A DNA stretch of 64,000 nucleotides, from positions 4,542,341-4,606,340 of the forward strand of contig NW_018404492.1 of NCBI RefSeq assembly GCF_002113885.1, read 5' to 3'. The translations under genes and the position numbers were made by a program. Positions 11,081 through 23,802 of this stretch are shown here, one piece after another. Every line of letters begins with the position of its first letter. Position 1 is the first letter of the stretch. The notes under the pieces were generated by a model that saw only the letters and a list, made by a program, of their open reading frames with translations, was not told the DNA's origin and did no database searches. Source of the stretch: Mizuhopecten yessoensis. Taxonomy: Eukaryota.

Positions 11081-14000
11081 GTAGGTTATGGCTACTAGTC
11101 AACAACCAAATAGATAAAAGCTACTAGCCCACAAACACAGATAGGTTATGGCTTCTAGTCAACAAATGCATGTAGGTTATGGCTACTAGTCAACAAATAA
11201 GTAGGTAAAAGCTACAAGCCAACAAACACAGATAGGTTATGGCTTCTAGCCAACACACACAGGTAGGCAATGGCTACTAGTCAACAAACACAGGTAGGTT
11301 ATGGCTACCAGTCAACAACCAAGTAGGTAAAAGCTACTAGCCAACAAACACAGATAGGTTATGGCTTCTAGCTAACAAACACAGGTATGCTATGGCTTCT
11401 AGTCAACAAACACAGGTAGGCTATGGCATCTAGTCAACAAATACAGGTAGGTTATGGCTACTAGTCAACGAACACAGGTAGGTTATGGCTACTAGTCAAC
11501 AACCAAATAGGTAAAAAGCTACTAGCCAGCAAACACAGAAAGGTTAAAGCTATTAGTCAACAATCACAGGTAGGTTAATGGCTTATAGTCAACAAACAAG
11601 TAGATAGAAGCTACTAGTCAACAAACAAGTAGGTCAATGCTACTAGTTAACAAACACAGGTATGTGAAGCTACTATTCAACAAACACAGGTAGGTTATGA
11701 CGATCAATCAACAAACAAGTAGGTTAAGGCTACTAGTCAACTAACACAGGTATATAAAAGCTATCAGTCAACAAACAAGTAGGTTAATGCTAATAGTTAA
11801 CAAACACGGGTAGGTGAACAACAAACACATGAAGGTTATGGCTACTAGTCAACAAGGAAGTAGGTTAATGCTACTAGTCAACAAACACATGAAGGTTAAT
11901 GCTACTAGTTAACAAACACAGGTATGTGAAGCTACTAGTCAACACACACAGGTAGGTTATGACGATCAATCAACAAACAAGTAGGTTAAGGCTACTAGTC
12001 AACTAACACAGGTATGTAAAAGCTATTAGTCAACAAACACAGATGGGTAAAAGCTGTTAGTCAACAAACACAGGAAGGTAAAAGCTACTAATCAACAGAC
12101 ACAGATAGGTAAAAGCTGTTAGTCAACAAACACAGGAAGGAAAAAGCTACTAATCAACAGACACAGATAGGTAAAAGCTATTAGTCAACAAACACAGGTA
12201 GGTAAATGCAACTAGTCAACACACACATATAGGCTATGGCTTATAGTCAACAAGCAAGTAGATAGAAGCTACTAGTCAACAAACAAGTAGGTCAATGCTA
12301 CTAGTTAACAAACACAGGTATGTGAAGCTACTAGTCAACAATCACAGGTAGGTTATGGCGATCGGTCAACAATCAAATGGGTTAAGGCTACTAGTCAACA
12401 AACACAGGTAGGTAAAAACTACTAATCAACAATCACGGGTAGGTGAAGCTACTAGTCAACAAACACATGAAGGTTATGGCTACTAGTAAACAAGGCAGTA
12501 GGTTAATGCTACTAGTCAACAATCAAATGAAGGTTAATGCTGCTAGTAAACAACCACAGGTTAGACAATTCTACTAGTTAACAAACACAGGCATGTGAAG
12601 CTACTAGTCAACAATCACAGGTAGGTTATGGCGATCGGTCAACAATCAAATAAGTAAAAGCTACTAGTCAACAAACACAGGTAGGTTATGGCGATCGGTC
12701 AACAATCAAATAGGTTAAGGCTACTAGTCAACTAACACCGGTAGGTAAAAGCTACTAGTCAACAGACACAGATAGATAAAAGCTGTTAGTCAAAAAACCC
12801 AGGTAGGTTATGGCGATCGGTCAACAATCAAATAGGTTAAGGCTACTAGTCAACAAACACATGTAGGTAAAATCTACAAGTCAACAAACACAGATAGGTT
12901 ATGGCTTCTAGTCAACAGACACATATAGGTTATGTCTACTTAAGTCAACAAAAAAGTAGATAAAAGTGACTAATCAACAAACACCGGTAGGTTAAAGCTA
13001 TTAGTCAACAAACACAGGTAGGTAAATGCAACTAGTCAACACACACATATAGGCTATGGCTTATAGTCAACAAGCAAGTAGATAGAAGCTACTAGTCAAC
13101 AAACAAGTAGGTCAATGCTACTAGTTAACAAACACAGGTATGTGAAGCTATTATTCAACAAACACAGGTAGGTTATGACGATCAATCAACAAACAAGTAG
13201 GTTAAGGCTACTAGTCAACTAACACAGGTATATAAAAGCTATTAGTCAACAAAAACAGGTTGGTAAAAGCTATCAATCAACAAACAAGTAGGTTAATGCT
13301 AATAGTAAACAAACACGGGTAGGTGAACAACAAACACATGAAGGTTATGGCTACTAGTCAACAAGGAAGTAGGTTAATGCTACTAGTCAACAATCACATG
13401 AAGGTTAATGTTGCTAGTTAACAAACACATGTTGGTAAATGCTACTAGTTAACAAACACAGGTATATGAAGCTACTAGTCAACACACACAGGTAGGTTAT
13501 GACGATCAATCAACAAACAAATAGGTTAAGGCTACTAGTCAGCTTCCACAGGTATATAAAAGCTATTAGTCAACAAAAACAGGTTGGTAAAAGCTATCAA
13601 TCAACAAACAAGTAGGTTAATGCTAATAGTTAACAAACACGGGTAGGTGAACAACAAACACATGAAGGTTATGGCTACTAGTCAACAAGGAAGTATGTTA
13701 ATGCTACTAGTTAACAAACACAGGTATGTGAAGCTACTAGTCAACACACACAGGTAGGTTATGACGATCAATCAACAAAAAAATAGGTTAAGGCTACTAG
13801 TCAACTAACACAGGTATGTAAAAGCTATTAGTCAACAAACACAGATGGGTAAAAGCTGTTAGTCAACAAACACAGGTAGGTAAAAGCTACTAGTCAACAG
13901 ACAGATAGGTAAAAGCTGTTAGTCAACAAACCCAGGTAGGTTATGGCGATCAGTCAACAATCAAATAGGTTAAGGCTACTAATCAACAAACACCGGTAGG

Positions 14001-17000
14001 TTAAAGCTATTAGACAACAATCACAGGTAGGTTTATGCAACTAGTCAACACACACATGTAGGTAAAATCTACGAGTCAACAAACACAGATGGGTAAAAGC
14101 TGTTAGTCGACAAACATAGGTAGGTTATGGCGATCGGTCAACAATCAAATAGGTTACAGGTAGGTTATGACGATCAATCAACGAACAAATAGGTTAAGGC
14201 TTCTAGTCAACTAACACCGGAAGGAAAAAGCTACTAGTCAAAAGACACAGATAGGTAAAGGCTGTTAGTCAACAATCACAGGTAGGTTTATGCAACTAGT
14301 CAACACACACATGTAGGTAAAATCTACGAGTCAACAAACACAGATACAAACACAGGTATGTGAAGCTACTATTCAACAAACACAGGTAGGTTAAAGCTAT
14401 TAGTCAACAATCACAGGTAGGTTAATGCAACTAGTCAACACACACAGGTAGGTTAAGACGATCAATCAACAAACAAGTCGGCTACTTGTCAACTAACACA
14501 GGCATGTAAAAGCTATTAGTCAACAAAAACAGGTTGGTAAAAGCGAGCAGTCAACAAACAAGTAGATCAACGCTACTAGTTAACAAACACGGGTAGGTGA
14601 AGCTACCAGTCAACAAACAAGTAGATAGAACCTACTAGTCAACAAACAAGTAGGGCAATGCTACTAGTGAACAAACACAGGGATGTGAAGCTACTATTCA
14701 ACAGACACAGGTAGGTAAAAACTACTAATCAACAATCATGGGTAGTCAACAAACACATGAAGATTATGGCTACTAGTCAACAGGGAAGTAGGTTAATGCT
14801 ACTAGTAAACAAACACAGGTAGGTTATGACGATCAAGCAACAAACAAGTAGGCTACTTGTCAACTAACACAGGTATGTAAAAGCTAATAGTCAACAAACA
14901 CAGATGGGTAAAAGCTACTAGTCAGCAAACACAGGTAGGTTAAAGCTATTAGTCAACAAACACAGATACAAACACAGGTATGTGAAGCAACTAGTCAACA
15001 ATCACAGGTAGGTTTATGCAACTAGTCAACACACACATGTAGGTAAAATCTACGAGTCAACAAACACAGATGGGTAAAAGCTGTTAGTCGACAAACATAG
15101 GTAGGTTATGGCGATCGGTCAACAAACAAATAGGTTAAGGCTACTAGACTACAAACACAGGTAGTTAAAATCTACAAGTCAACAAGTACAGATAGGTTAA
15201 ATCAACCAGTCAACAAACGCAGTTAGGTAAAAGCTACTAGCCAACAAACGCAGATAGGTAAAAGCTGTTAATCAACAAACACAGGTAGGAAAAAGCTACT
15301 AGTCAACAGACACAGATTGATAAAAGCTGTTAGTCAACAAACCCTGGTAGGTTATGGCGATCGGTCAACAAACAAATAGGTTAAGGCTTCTAGTCAACTA
15401 ACACCGGGAGGTAAAAGCTACTAGCCAACAAACGCAGATAGGTAAAAGCTACTAGCCAACAAACGCAGATAGGTAAAAGCTACTAGCCAACAAACGCAGA
15501 TAGGTAAAAGCTACTAGCCAACAAACACAGATAGGTAAAAGCTACTAGCCAACAAACGCAGATAGGTAAAAGCTACTAGCCAACAAACGCAGATAGGTAA
15601 AAGCTGTTAGACAACAAACCCAGGCAGGTTAAGGCGATCAGTCAACAATCAAAATCAACAGACACAGATAGGTAAAAGCTGTTAGACAACAAACCCAGGC
15701 AGGTTAAGGCGATCAGTCAACAATCAAAATCAACAGACACAGATAGGTAAAGGCTGTTAGTCAACAATCACAGGTAGGTTTATGCAACTAGTCAACACAC
15801 ACATGTAGGTAAAATCTACAAGGCAAAAAACATAGATGGGTAAAAGCTACTAGTCAGCAAACACAGGTAGGTTATGGCGATCAGTCAACAATCAAAATCA
15901 ACAGACACAGATAGGTAAAGGCTGTTAGTCAACAATCACAGGTAGGTTAATGCAACTAGTCAACACACACATGTAGGTAAAATCTACAAGTCAACAAACA
16001 AAGATAGGTTATGGCTTCGAGTCAACAGACACATATAGGTTATAGCTACTTAAGTCAACAAAAAAGGAGATAAAAGTTACTAATCAACAAACACAGGGAG
16101 GCTATGGCTACTAGTCAACAGACAGTTAGGTAAAAGCTGTTAGACAACAAACCCAGGCAGGTTAAGGCGATCAGTCAACAATCAAAATCAACAGACACAG
16201 ATAGGTAAAGGCTGTTAGTCAACAATCACAGGTAGGTTTATGCAACTAGTCAACACACACAGATAGGCTATGGCTTATAGTCAACGAACAAGTAGATAGA
16301 AGCTACTAGTCAACAACCACAGGTAGGTTATGGCTTCTAGTAGATAAAAGTTACTAATCAACAAACACCGGTAGGTTAAAGCTATTAGTCAACAAACACA
16401 GGTAGGTTATGACGATCAATCAACAAACAAGTAGGCTACTTGTCAACTAACACAGGTATGTAAAAGCTATTAGTCAACAAAAACAGGTTGGTAAAAGCTA
16501 TCAGTCAACAAACAAGTAGGTTAATGCTACTAGTTAACAAACACGGGTAGGTGAACAACAAACCCATGAAGGTTATGGCTACTAGTCAACAAGGATGTAG
16601 GTTAATGCTACTAGTAAACAAACACAGGTTGGTAAATGCTACTAGTTAACAAACACAGGTAATTGAAGCTACTATTCAACACACACCGGTAGGTTATGAC
16701 GATCAATCAACAAAAAATAGGTTAAGGCTACTAGTCAACTAACACAGGTAGGTAAACACTACTAGTCAACAATCACGGGTAGGTGAAGCTACTAGTCAAC
16801 AAACACATGAAGTGTATGGCTACTAGTCAACAAGGAAGTAGGTTAAGGCTACAAGTCAACAGACACATGAAGTTTATTGCTACTAGTCAACAAGGAAGTA
16901 GGTTAATGCTACTAGTCAACAATCACATGAAGGTTAATGCTACTAGTGAACAAACACAGGTGTATGAAGCTACTAGTCAACACACACAGGTAGGTTATGA

Positions 17001-17400
17001 CGATCAATCAACAAATAAGTAGGTTAAGGCTACTAGTCCACAAACACATGAAGGTTATGGCTCCAAGTCAACAAACACAGGCAGGTAAAAGCTACTAGTC
17101 CACAGACACAGATAGGTAAAGGCTGTTAGTCAACAATCACAGGGAGGTTATGGCGATCGGTCAAAAAACAACTAGGTTAAGGCTTCTAGTGAACAGCGAC
17201 ATGTAGGTAAAATCTACAAGGCAAAAAACACAGATGGGTAAAAGCTGTTAGTCGACAAACATAGGTAGGTTATTGCGATCGGTCAACAAACAAATAGGTG
17301 AAGGCTACTAGTCAGCAAACACATGAAGGTTATGGCAACAAGTCAACAAACACAGGCAGGGTATGGCTACTAGTCAACAAACATGAAGGTTAATGCTACT

Positions 17401-18000
17401 AGTAGCATTAACCTTCATGTTTGTTGACTAGTAGCCTTCACCTATTTGTTTGTTGACCGATCGCCATAACCTACCTGGGTTTTTTGACTAACAGCTTTTA
17501 TCTATCTGTGTCTGTTGACTAGTAGCTTTTACCCATCTGTGTTTTTTGCCTTGTAGATTTTACCTACATGTCGCTGTTCACTAGAAGCCTTAACCTAGTT
17601 GTTTTTTGACCGATCGCCATAACCTACCTGTGATTGTTGATTAGTAGTTTTTACCTACCTGTGTTTGTTTACTAGCAGCATTAACCTTCATGTGATTGTT
17701 GACTAGTAGCCTTAACGTTGACTAACAGCTTTTACCCATCTGTGTTTGTTGACTAGTACCTTCACCTACATGTGTTTGTCGACTAGTAGCCTTAACCTAC
17801 TAGTTTGTTGATTGATCGTCATAACCTACCTAGTAGCTTTTACCTACCTGGGTTTGTTGACTAGTAACTTAACCTACATGTGTTTGTTGACTATAAGCCA
17901 TAGCCTATCTGTGTGTGTTGACTAGTTGCATTTACCTACCTGTGTTTGTTAACTAGCAGCATTAACCTTCATGTGAGTGTTGACTAGTAGCATTAACCTA
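17401..18000 (-). repeat. Inverted block of the satellite
   Basis: Units read as the reverse complement (…TGTGTTTGTTGACTAGTAGC…) between 17401 and ~18000. Confidence 0.95.
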
Positions 18001-21000
18001 CTAGTCAACAAACACACGTAGGTGAAGTTACTAGTCAACAATCACAGGTAGGTAAAAGCTACTTGTCAACAGACACAGATAGGTAAAGGCTGTTAGTCAA
18101 CAATCACAGGTAGGTGAAGCTACTAGTTAACAAACACATGAAGGTTAACTAGTAGCATTAACCTACTAGTCAACAAACACAGAAAGGTGAAGTTCCTAGA
18201 CAACAAACTCAGGTAGGTAAAAGCTACTTGTCAACAGACACAGATAGGTAAAAGCTACTAGTTAACAAACACGAGTAGGTGAAGCTACTAGTCAACACAC
18301 ACATGTAGGTAAAATCTACAAGTCAAAAAACACAGATAGGTAAAAGCTACTAGTTAACAAACACGAGTAGGTGAAGCTACTAGTCAACAACCACATGAAG
18401 GTTATGGCTACAAATCAACAAACACAGGCAGGTAAAAGCTACTAGTCCACAGACACAGATAGGTAAAAGCTGTTAGTCAACGTTAAGGCTACTAGTCAAC
18501 TAACACAGGTATATAAAAGCTATAAGTCAACAAACACAGGTTGGTAAGAAGCGAGCAGTCAACAAACAAGTAGGTTAATGCTACTAGTTAACAAACACGG
18601 GTAGGGGAAGCTACTAGTCAACAAACACATGAAGGTTATGGCTACAAGTCAACAAACACAGGCAGGTTATGGCTACTAGTCAACAAACACATGAAGGTTA
18701 ATGCTGCTAGTTAACAAACACATGTTGGTAAATGCTACTAGTTAACAAACACAGGTATGTGAAGCTACTAGTCAACACACACAGGTAGGTTATGACGATC
18801 AGTCAACAAACAAAAAGGTTAAAGCTACTAGTCAACTAACACAGGAAGGTAAAAGCTACTAGTCAACAAACACAGATGGGTAAAAGCTGTTAATCGACAA
18901 ACATAGTTAGGTTATTGCGATCGGTCAACAAACAAATAGGTTAAGGCTACTAGTCAACAAACACATGTAGGTGAAGCTACTAGTCAAGAAACACAGGTAG
19001 GTAAAAGCTACTAGTCAACAGACACAGATGGGTAAAAGCTGTTAATCGACAAACATGGTTAGGTTATTGCGATCGGTCAACAAACAAATAGGTTAAGGCT
19101 ACTAGTAAACAAACACATGTAGGTGAAGCTACTAGTCAACAAACACAGGTAGGTAAAAACTACTAATCAACAATCACAGGTAGGTGAAGCTACTAGTCAA
19201 CAAACACAGGTAGGTTATGGCTTCTAGTCAACAAACACAGGTAGGTAAAAACTACTAGTCAACACACACAGGAAGATTATGAGGATCAGTCAACAAACAA
19301 AAAGGTTAAGGCTACTAGTCAACTAACACAGGAAGGTAAAAGCTACTAGTCAACAAACACAGATGGGTAAAAGCTGTTAGTCGACAAACATAGGTAGGTT
19401 ATGGCGATCGGTCAACAAACAAATAGGTTAAGGCTACTAGTCAACAAACACATGTAGGTGAAGTTACTAGTCAACAAACACAGGTAGGTAAAAGCTACTT
19501 GTCAACAGACACAGATAGGTAAAAGCTGTTAGTCAACAAACACAGGTAGGTTATGGCTTCTAGTCAACAAACACAGGTAGGTAAAATCTACAAGTCAACA
19601 AGTACAGATAGGTTAAATCAACCAGTCAACAAACGCAGATAGGTAAAAGCTACTAGTCAACAAACACAGATGGGTAAAAGCTGTTAGTCGACAAACATAG
19701 GTAGGTTATGGCGATCGGTCAACAATCAAATAGGTTAAGGCTACTAGTCAACAAACACATGTAGGTGAAGTTACTAGTCAACAAACACAGGTAGGTAAAA
19801 ACTACTAATCAACAATCACAGGTAGGTGAATCTACTAGTCAACAAACACATGAAGGTTATGGCTACTAGTCAACAGGGAAGTAGGTTAATGCTACTAGTC
19901 AACAATCACATGAAGGTTAATGCTGCTATTAAACAAACACAGGTTGGAAAATGCTACTAGTTAACAAACACAGGTATGTGAAGCTACTAGTCAGCACACA
20001 CAGGTAGGTTATGACGATCAATCAACAAATAAGTAGGTTAAGGCTACTAGTCAACTAACACAGGTATATAAAAGCTATTAGTCAACAAACACAGGTTGGT
20101 AAGAAGCAAGCAGTCAACAAACAAGTAGGTTAATGCTACTAGTTAACAAACACGGGTAGGTGAAGCTACTAGTCAACAAACACAGGTAGGTTATGGCTTC
20201 TAGTCAACAAACACAGGTAGGCTATTTCTACTAGTCAACACACACAGGAAGATTATGAGGATCAGTCAACAAACAAAAAGGTTAAGGCTACTATTCAACT
20301 AACACATGAAGGTAAAAGCTACTAGTCAACAAACACAGGAAGGTTATGGCTTCTAGTCAACAAACACAGGTAGGCTATTGCTACTAGTCAACATACACAG
20401 GAAGATTATGAGGATCAGTCAACAAACAAAAAGGTTAAGGCTACTAGTCAACTAACACAGGAAGGTAAAAGCTACTAGTCAACAAACACAGGTAGGTTAT
20501 GGCTTCTAGTCAACAAACACAGGTAGGCTATTGCTACTAGTCAACACACACAGGAAGATTATGAGGATCAGTCAACAAACAAAAAGGTTAAGGCTACTAT
20601 TCAACTAACACATGAAGGTAAAAGCTACTAGTCAACAAACACAGATGGGTAAAAGCTGTTAGTCGACAAACATAGGTAGGTTATGGCGATCGGTCAACAA
20701 ACAAATAGGTTAAGGCTACTAGTCAACAAACACATGTAGGTGAAGTTACTAGTCAACAAACACATGAAGGTTATGGCTACTAGTCAACAAGGAAGTAGGT
20801 TAATGCTAATAGTCAACAAACACAGGTAGGTTATGGCTACTAGTCAACAAACAAGTAGGTTAATGCTACTAGTTACCAAACACAGGTATGTGAAGCTACT
20901 AGTCAACACACACAGGTAGGTTATGACGATCAATAAACAAACAAATAGGTTAAGGCTACTAGTCAACAAACACAGATAGGTAAAAGCTGTTAATCAACAA

Positions 21001-21690
21001 ACACAGGTAGGTTATGGCGATCAGTCAACAATCAAATAGGTTAAGGCTACTAGTAAACAAACACAGGTAGGTAAAATCTACAAGTCAACAAATACAGATA
21101 GGTAAAAGCTGTAAGTCAACAAACACAGATAGGTTATGGCGATCAGTCAACAATCAAATAGGTTAAGGCTACTAGTCAACAAACACAGGTAGGTAAAATC
21201 TACAAGTCAACAAATACTGATAGGTAAAATCAACCAGTCAACAAACGCAGATAGGTAAAAGCTACTAGTCAACAAACACAGGTACGTTATGGCGATCGGT
21301 GAACAATCAAATAGGTTAAGGTTACTAGTCAACAAACACAGATAGTTAAAAAACTACCAGTCAACAAACACAGATAGGTAAACGCTACTAGTCAACAAAC
21401 ACAGGTAGTTAAAAAACTACCAGTCAACAAACACAGATAGGTTAACGCTACTAGTCAACAAACACAGGTAGGTTATGGCGATCGGTCAACAATCAAATAG
21501 GTTAAGGCTACTAGTCAACAAACACAGGTTGTTAAAAAACTACCAGTCAACAAACACAGATAGGTTAACGCTACTAGTCAACAAACACAGGTAGGTAAAA
21601 ACTATCAGTCAACAAACGTAGGGAGGTTCATTCTACAAGTCAACAAACACAGGTAGGTAAATTTTACCAGTCAACAAACACAGATAGGTA

Positions 21691-21836
21691 TTTTGCCACC
21701 AATAAATGCAACAAACAATATTTCGACCATGTACAGACAACTCCCGATGAGGTACAGAAATTATAACAGTCTGCTAATATTAAAAAATCAACAGGTACTG
21801 ATGGATTGAGTAATTACATTCTTAAATATTGTGCAA
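21691..21836 (+). mobile_element. Internal CR1/L2-type LINE fragment inside the satellite
   Basis: Translates FDHVQTTPDEVQKL*QSANIKKSTGTDGLSNYILKYCA, the pre-RT KSxGxDGxxxxxLKxC motif. Confidence 0.75.
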
Positions 21837-22292
21837 AACACAGGTAGGTAAAATATACCAGTCAACAAACACAGATAGGTAAAAGCTATCAGTCAACAAA
21901 CACAGGTAGGTAAAATCTTCCAGTCAACAAACACAGATAGGTAAAAGCTACTAGTCAAAAGTCAACAAACAGAGGTAAGTTAAAGCTACTAGTCAAAACA
22001 CAGTTAAGTTAAGGCTACACAGAGTAACCAATGCTTTTATAGTTTGAAAATCCAGCAAAACCACTATGCTTTTGCTTTACAGAAATGCTAATTACACCTC
22101 TTTTATAAAGAGCAATACTTTTTAATATGATCACTGATAATGACTAAATTCCATTTGTTGATACATCAAGATCTTCTTTTCATTGATTTTATATAATCGG
22201 TAAAAAATGTCTATTAAATTTACCTATTTTGACCAATTCATTTTATACCGAATGAATTTAATGTTGTATCCTAGCTTTGATATATTTTGTAG

Positions 22293-22432
22293 CAATGGTT
22301 CAATGTTTTCGCCCAAGTCCGTCTTGAACTAGACAGGGAAATCCTGTGTGAAAGCTCAGAGGACACTAAGAGTCGAGCTCAGTCGTCGCAGCTTGACATC
22401 AACAAGGTGTTCAAAGGCAAGACAGACAAAAG
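22293..22432 (+). CDS. TPGS2: TPGS2 exon (phase 0-2)
   Basis: TTTTGTAG| … AG|GTAAAC. Translates QWFNVFAQVRLELDREILCESSEDTKSRAQSSQLDINKVFKGKTDK; QWF and LDxxKVFKxK match TPGS2. Confidence 0.92.
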
Positions 22433-23727
22433 GTAAACAACATTTAACCGAGATAAATTTTGTTATTCACTTTATCGGAGTTGTTTATTCACATTTAAAG
22501 ATACTTTCACGCGATTAAACTTTTTTTGTTGATTTAAAAAATGAGTACAAAAAGGGTATTCTAATGTAAGAACTTCATTACCATTTCATACCCACAAGTT
22601 GCTACTTGGAGTTATCAGTGAAAACAATCTTACTTTTGTGCACACGAACATCAGCACGCTTTATATGTAGCGGTTCTCGTCAACCTTTAATCTTCGTGTT
22701 GCTAATGACTGAGGTCCTTTGATGTAATTTAATGGCCCACCATTGATTATATTGATCAGAGAAAGAATTTTTAACAGAACAAAATGTTTGTGCAGTTTTC
22801 ATCTTTAAACAAGAATTGTTGAAAAAAAGAAATTGTTTGAAATGATGATAATACAATATGATGAGTATTGATATATTAAGATACTACACGTAATTATAAG
22901 AACGATCGGATTTATATATCATGAGCTTCTGAACATGGTTTCTTAAGTGTTTTTTAGACGGACATATTAAGGATGGTTCCTCATCACTTACGAGGATTAA
23001 TTTCTTTATAATTTGATTTAATGTATGCAGACGAGATACTTTAATCAAACCGGTCATTTTCCCACTAAACTCATTAAAATAAAACCTATATCATGGCATT
23101 TTTTGGATAATTCTAACTATCTCACTGCTAAACTGTATCATTCGAATAATTTGCAAAAACAGAAATGTATGGTTAAGCTGAGTTATAAGATTCTTTTTCA
23201 GGAACGTTTTTTATGCTATCCGTGCCCTAATCACAATGTACCTATTCAACAATATTTGATCTTAAAAGTATATGTTTTTCTTTACCCGTTCTCCCTCCAT
23301 TTCAAACGCTGATTTACTATCAGCGATATTTTATGTATTATATGATTTGATATTAAGCATCCACAGATTTCTCCGCTATTAAAAACTTCAAAATTAAACC
23401 AATTGAACCTGTGTATTTAAGAAACCAGTCATTATTTGTGAATATACCACGTTACAATTTGTATGTCGGGCCGAGAGGTAAATGAGTTGAATTCTAAAAA
23501 AGCAACATCTGAAATATTTGTTTGTGAGGTTTGCCAGATAAAATAAGGCGTTGTCAGTAACGTTTGTTATACTGGGGTTATACATATGTATGTGTATATA
23601 TATGCAACAATATATCACCTATAACATTTGATCGAGTGTTTATTATACTTTGCTGAAAAGAATATAATCTTAACTACATAATGCAACTGTGTTGATGAAA
23701 CGAAACTGCCTTTTTTTTCATTTGTAG

Positions 23728-23802
23728 GAAGGCGATGACATCTCAGACACAACAAAATCCTGGGAATATGAAAAAGAAGGCCCTCGTTCCATCAGCTAAT
23801 AA
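23728..23802 (+). CDS. TPGS2: TPGS2 exon (phase 2-2)
   Basis: Polypyrimidine tract, TTTGTAG| … AA|GTACGT. Translates (R)KAMTSQTQQNPGNMKKKALVPSAN; phase-compatible with its neighbours. Confidence 0.78.

Larger units (their letters stand above)
11053..22020. repeat. ~11-kb satellite of 29-31 bp units derived from the TPGS2 exon/intron junction
   Basis: Consensus ~TATGGCTACTAGTCAACAAACACAGGTAGGT; roughly 350-360 units estimated from length. The first unit overlaps the exon end. Confidence 0.97.

Noticed and set aside
16783-17022. 79-aa ORF in the satellite
   Set aside because: Chance open frame in repeat units.
11081-17400. Recursive-splicing ratchet points at each CAG|GT
   Set aside because: The sequence before each AG is A/C-rich with no polypyrimidine tract, so they are poor acceptors; not supportable without RNA data.
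11081-22020. CRISPR-like array interpretation
   Set aside because: Units are contiguous with no unique spacers, there are no cas genes, and the context is a eukaryotic intron.
11081-22292. Intron gain by tandem duplication of an exonic AG|GT segment (Rogers model)
   Set aside because: The downstream exon starts CAATGG, not GTAGGT, and its acceptor lies in ~270 bp of unique T-rich sequence, so the intron seems to pre-date the array.
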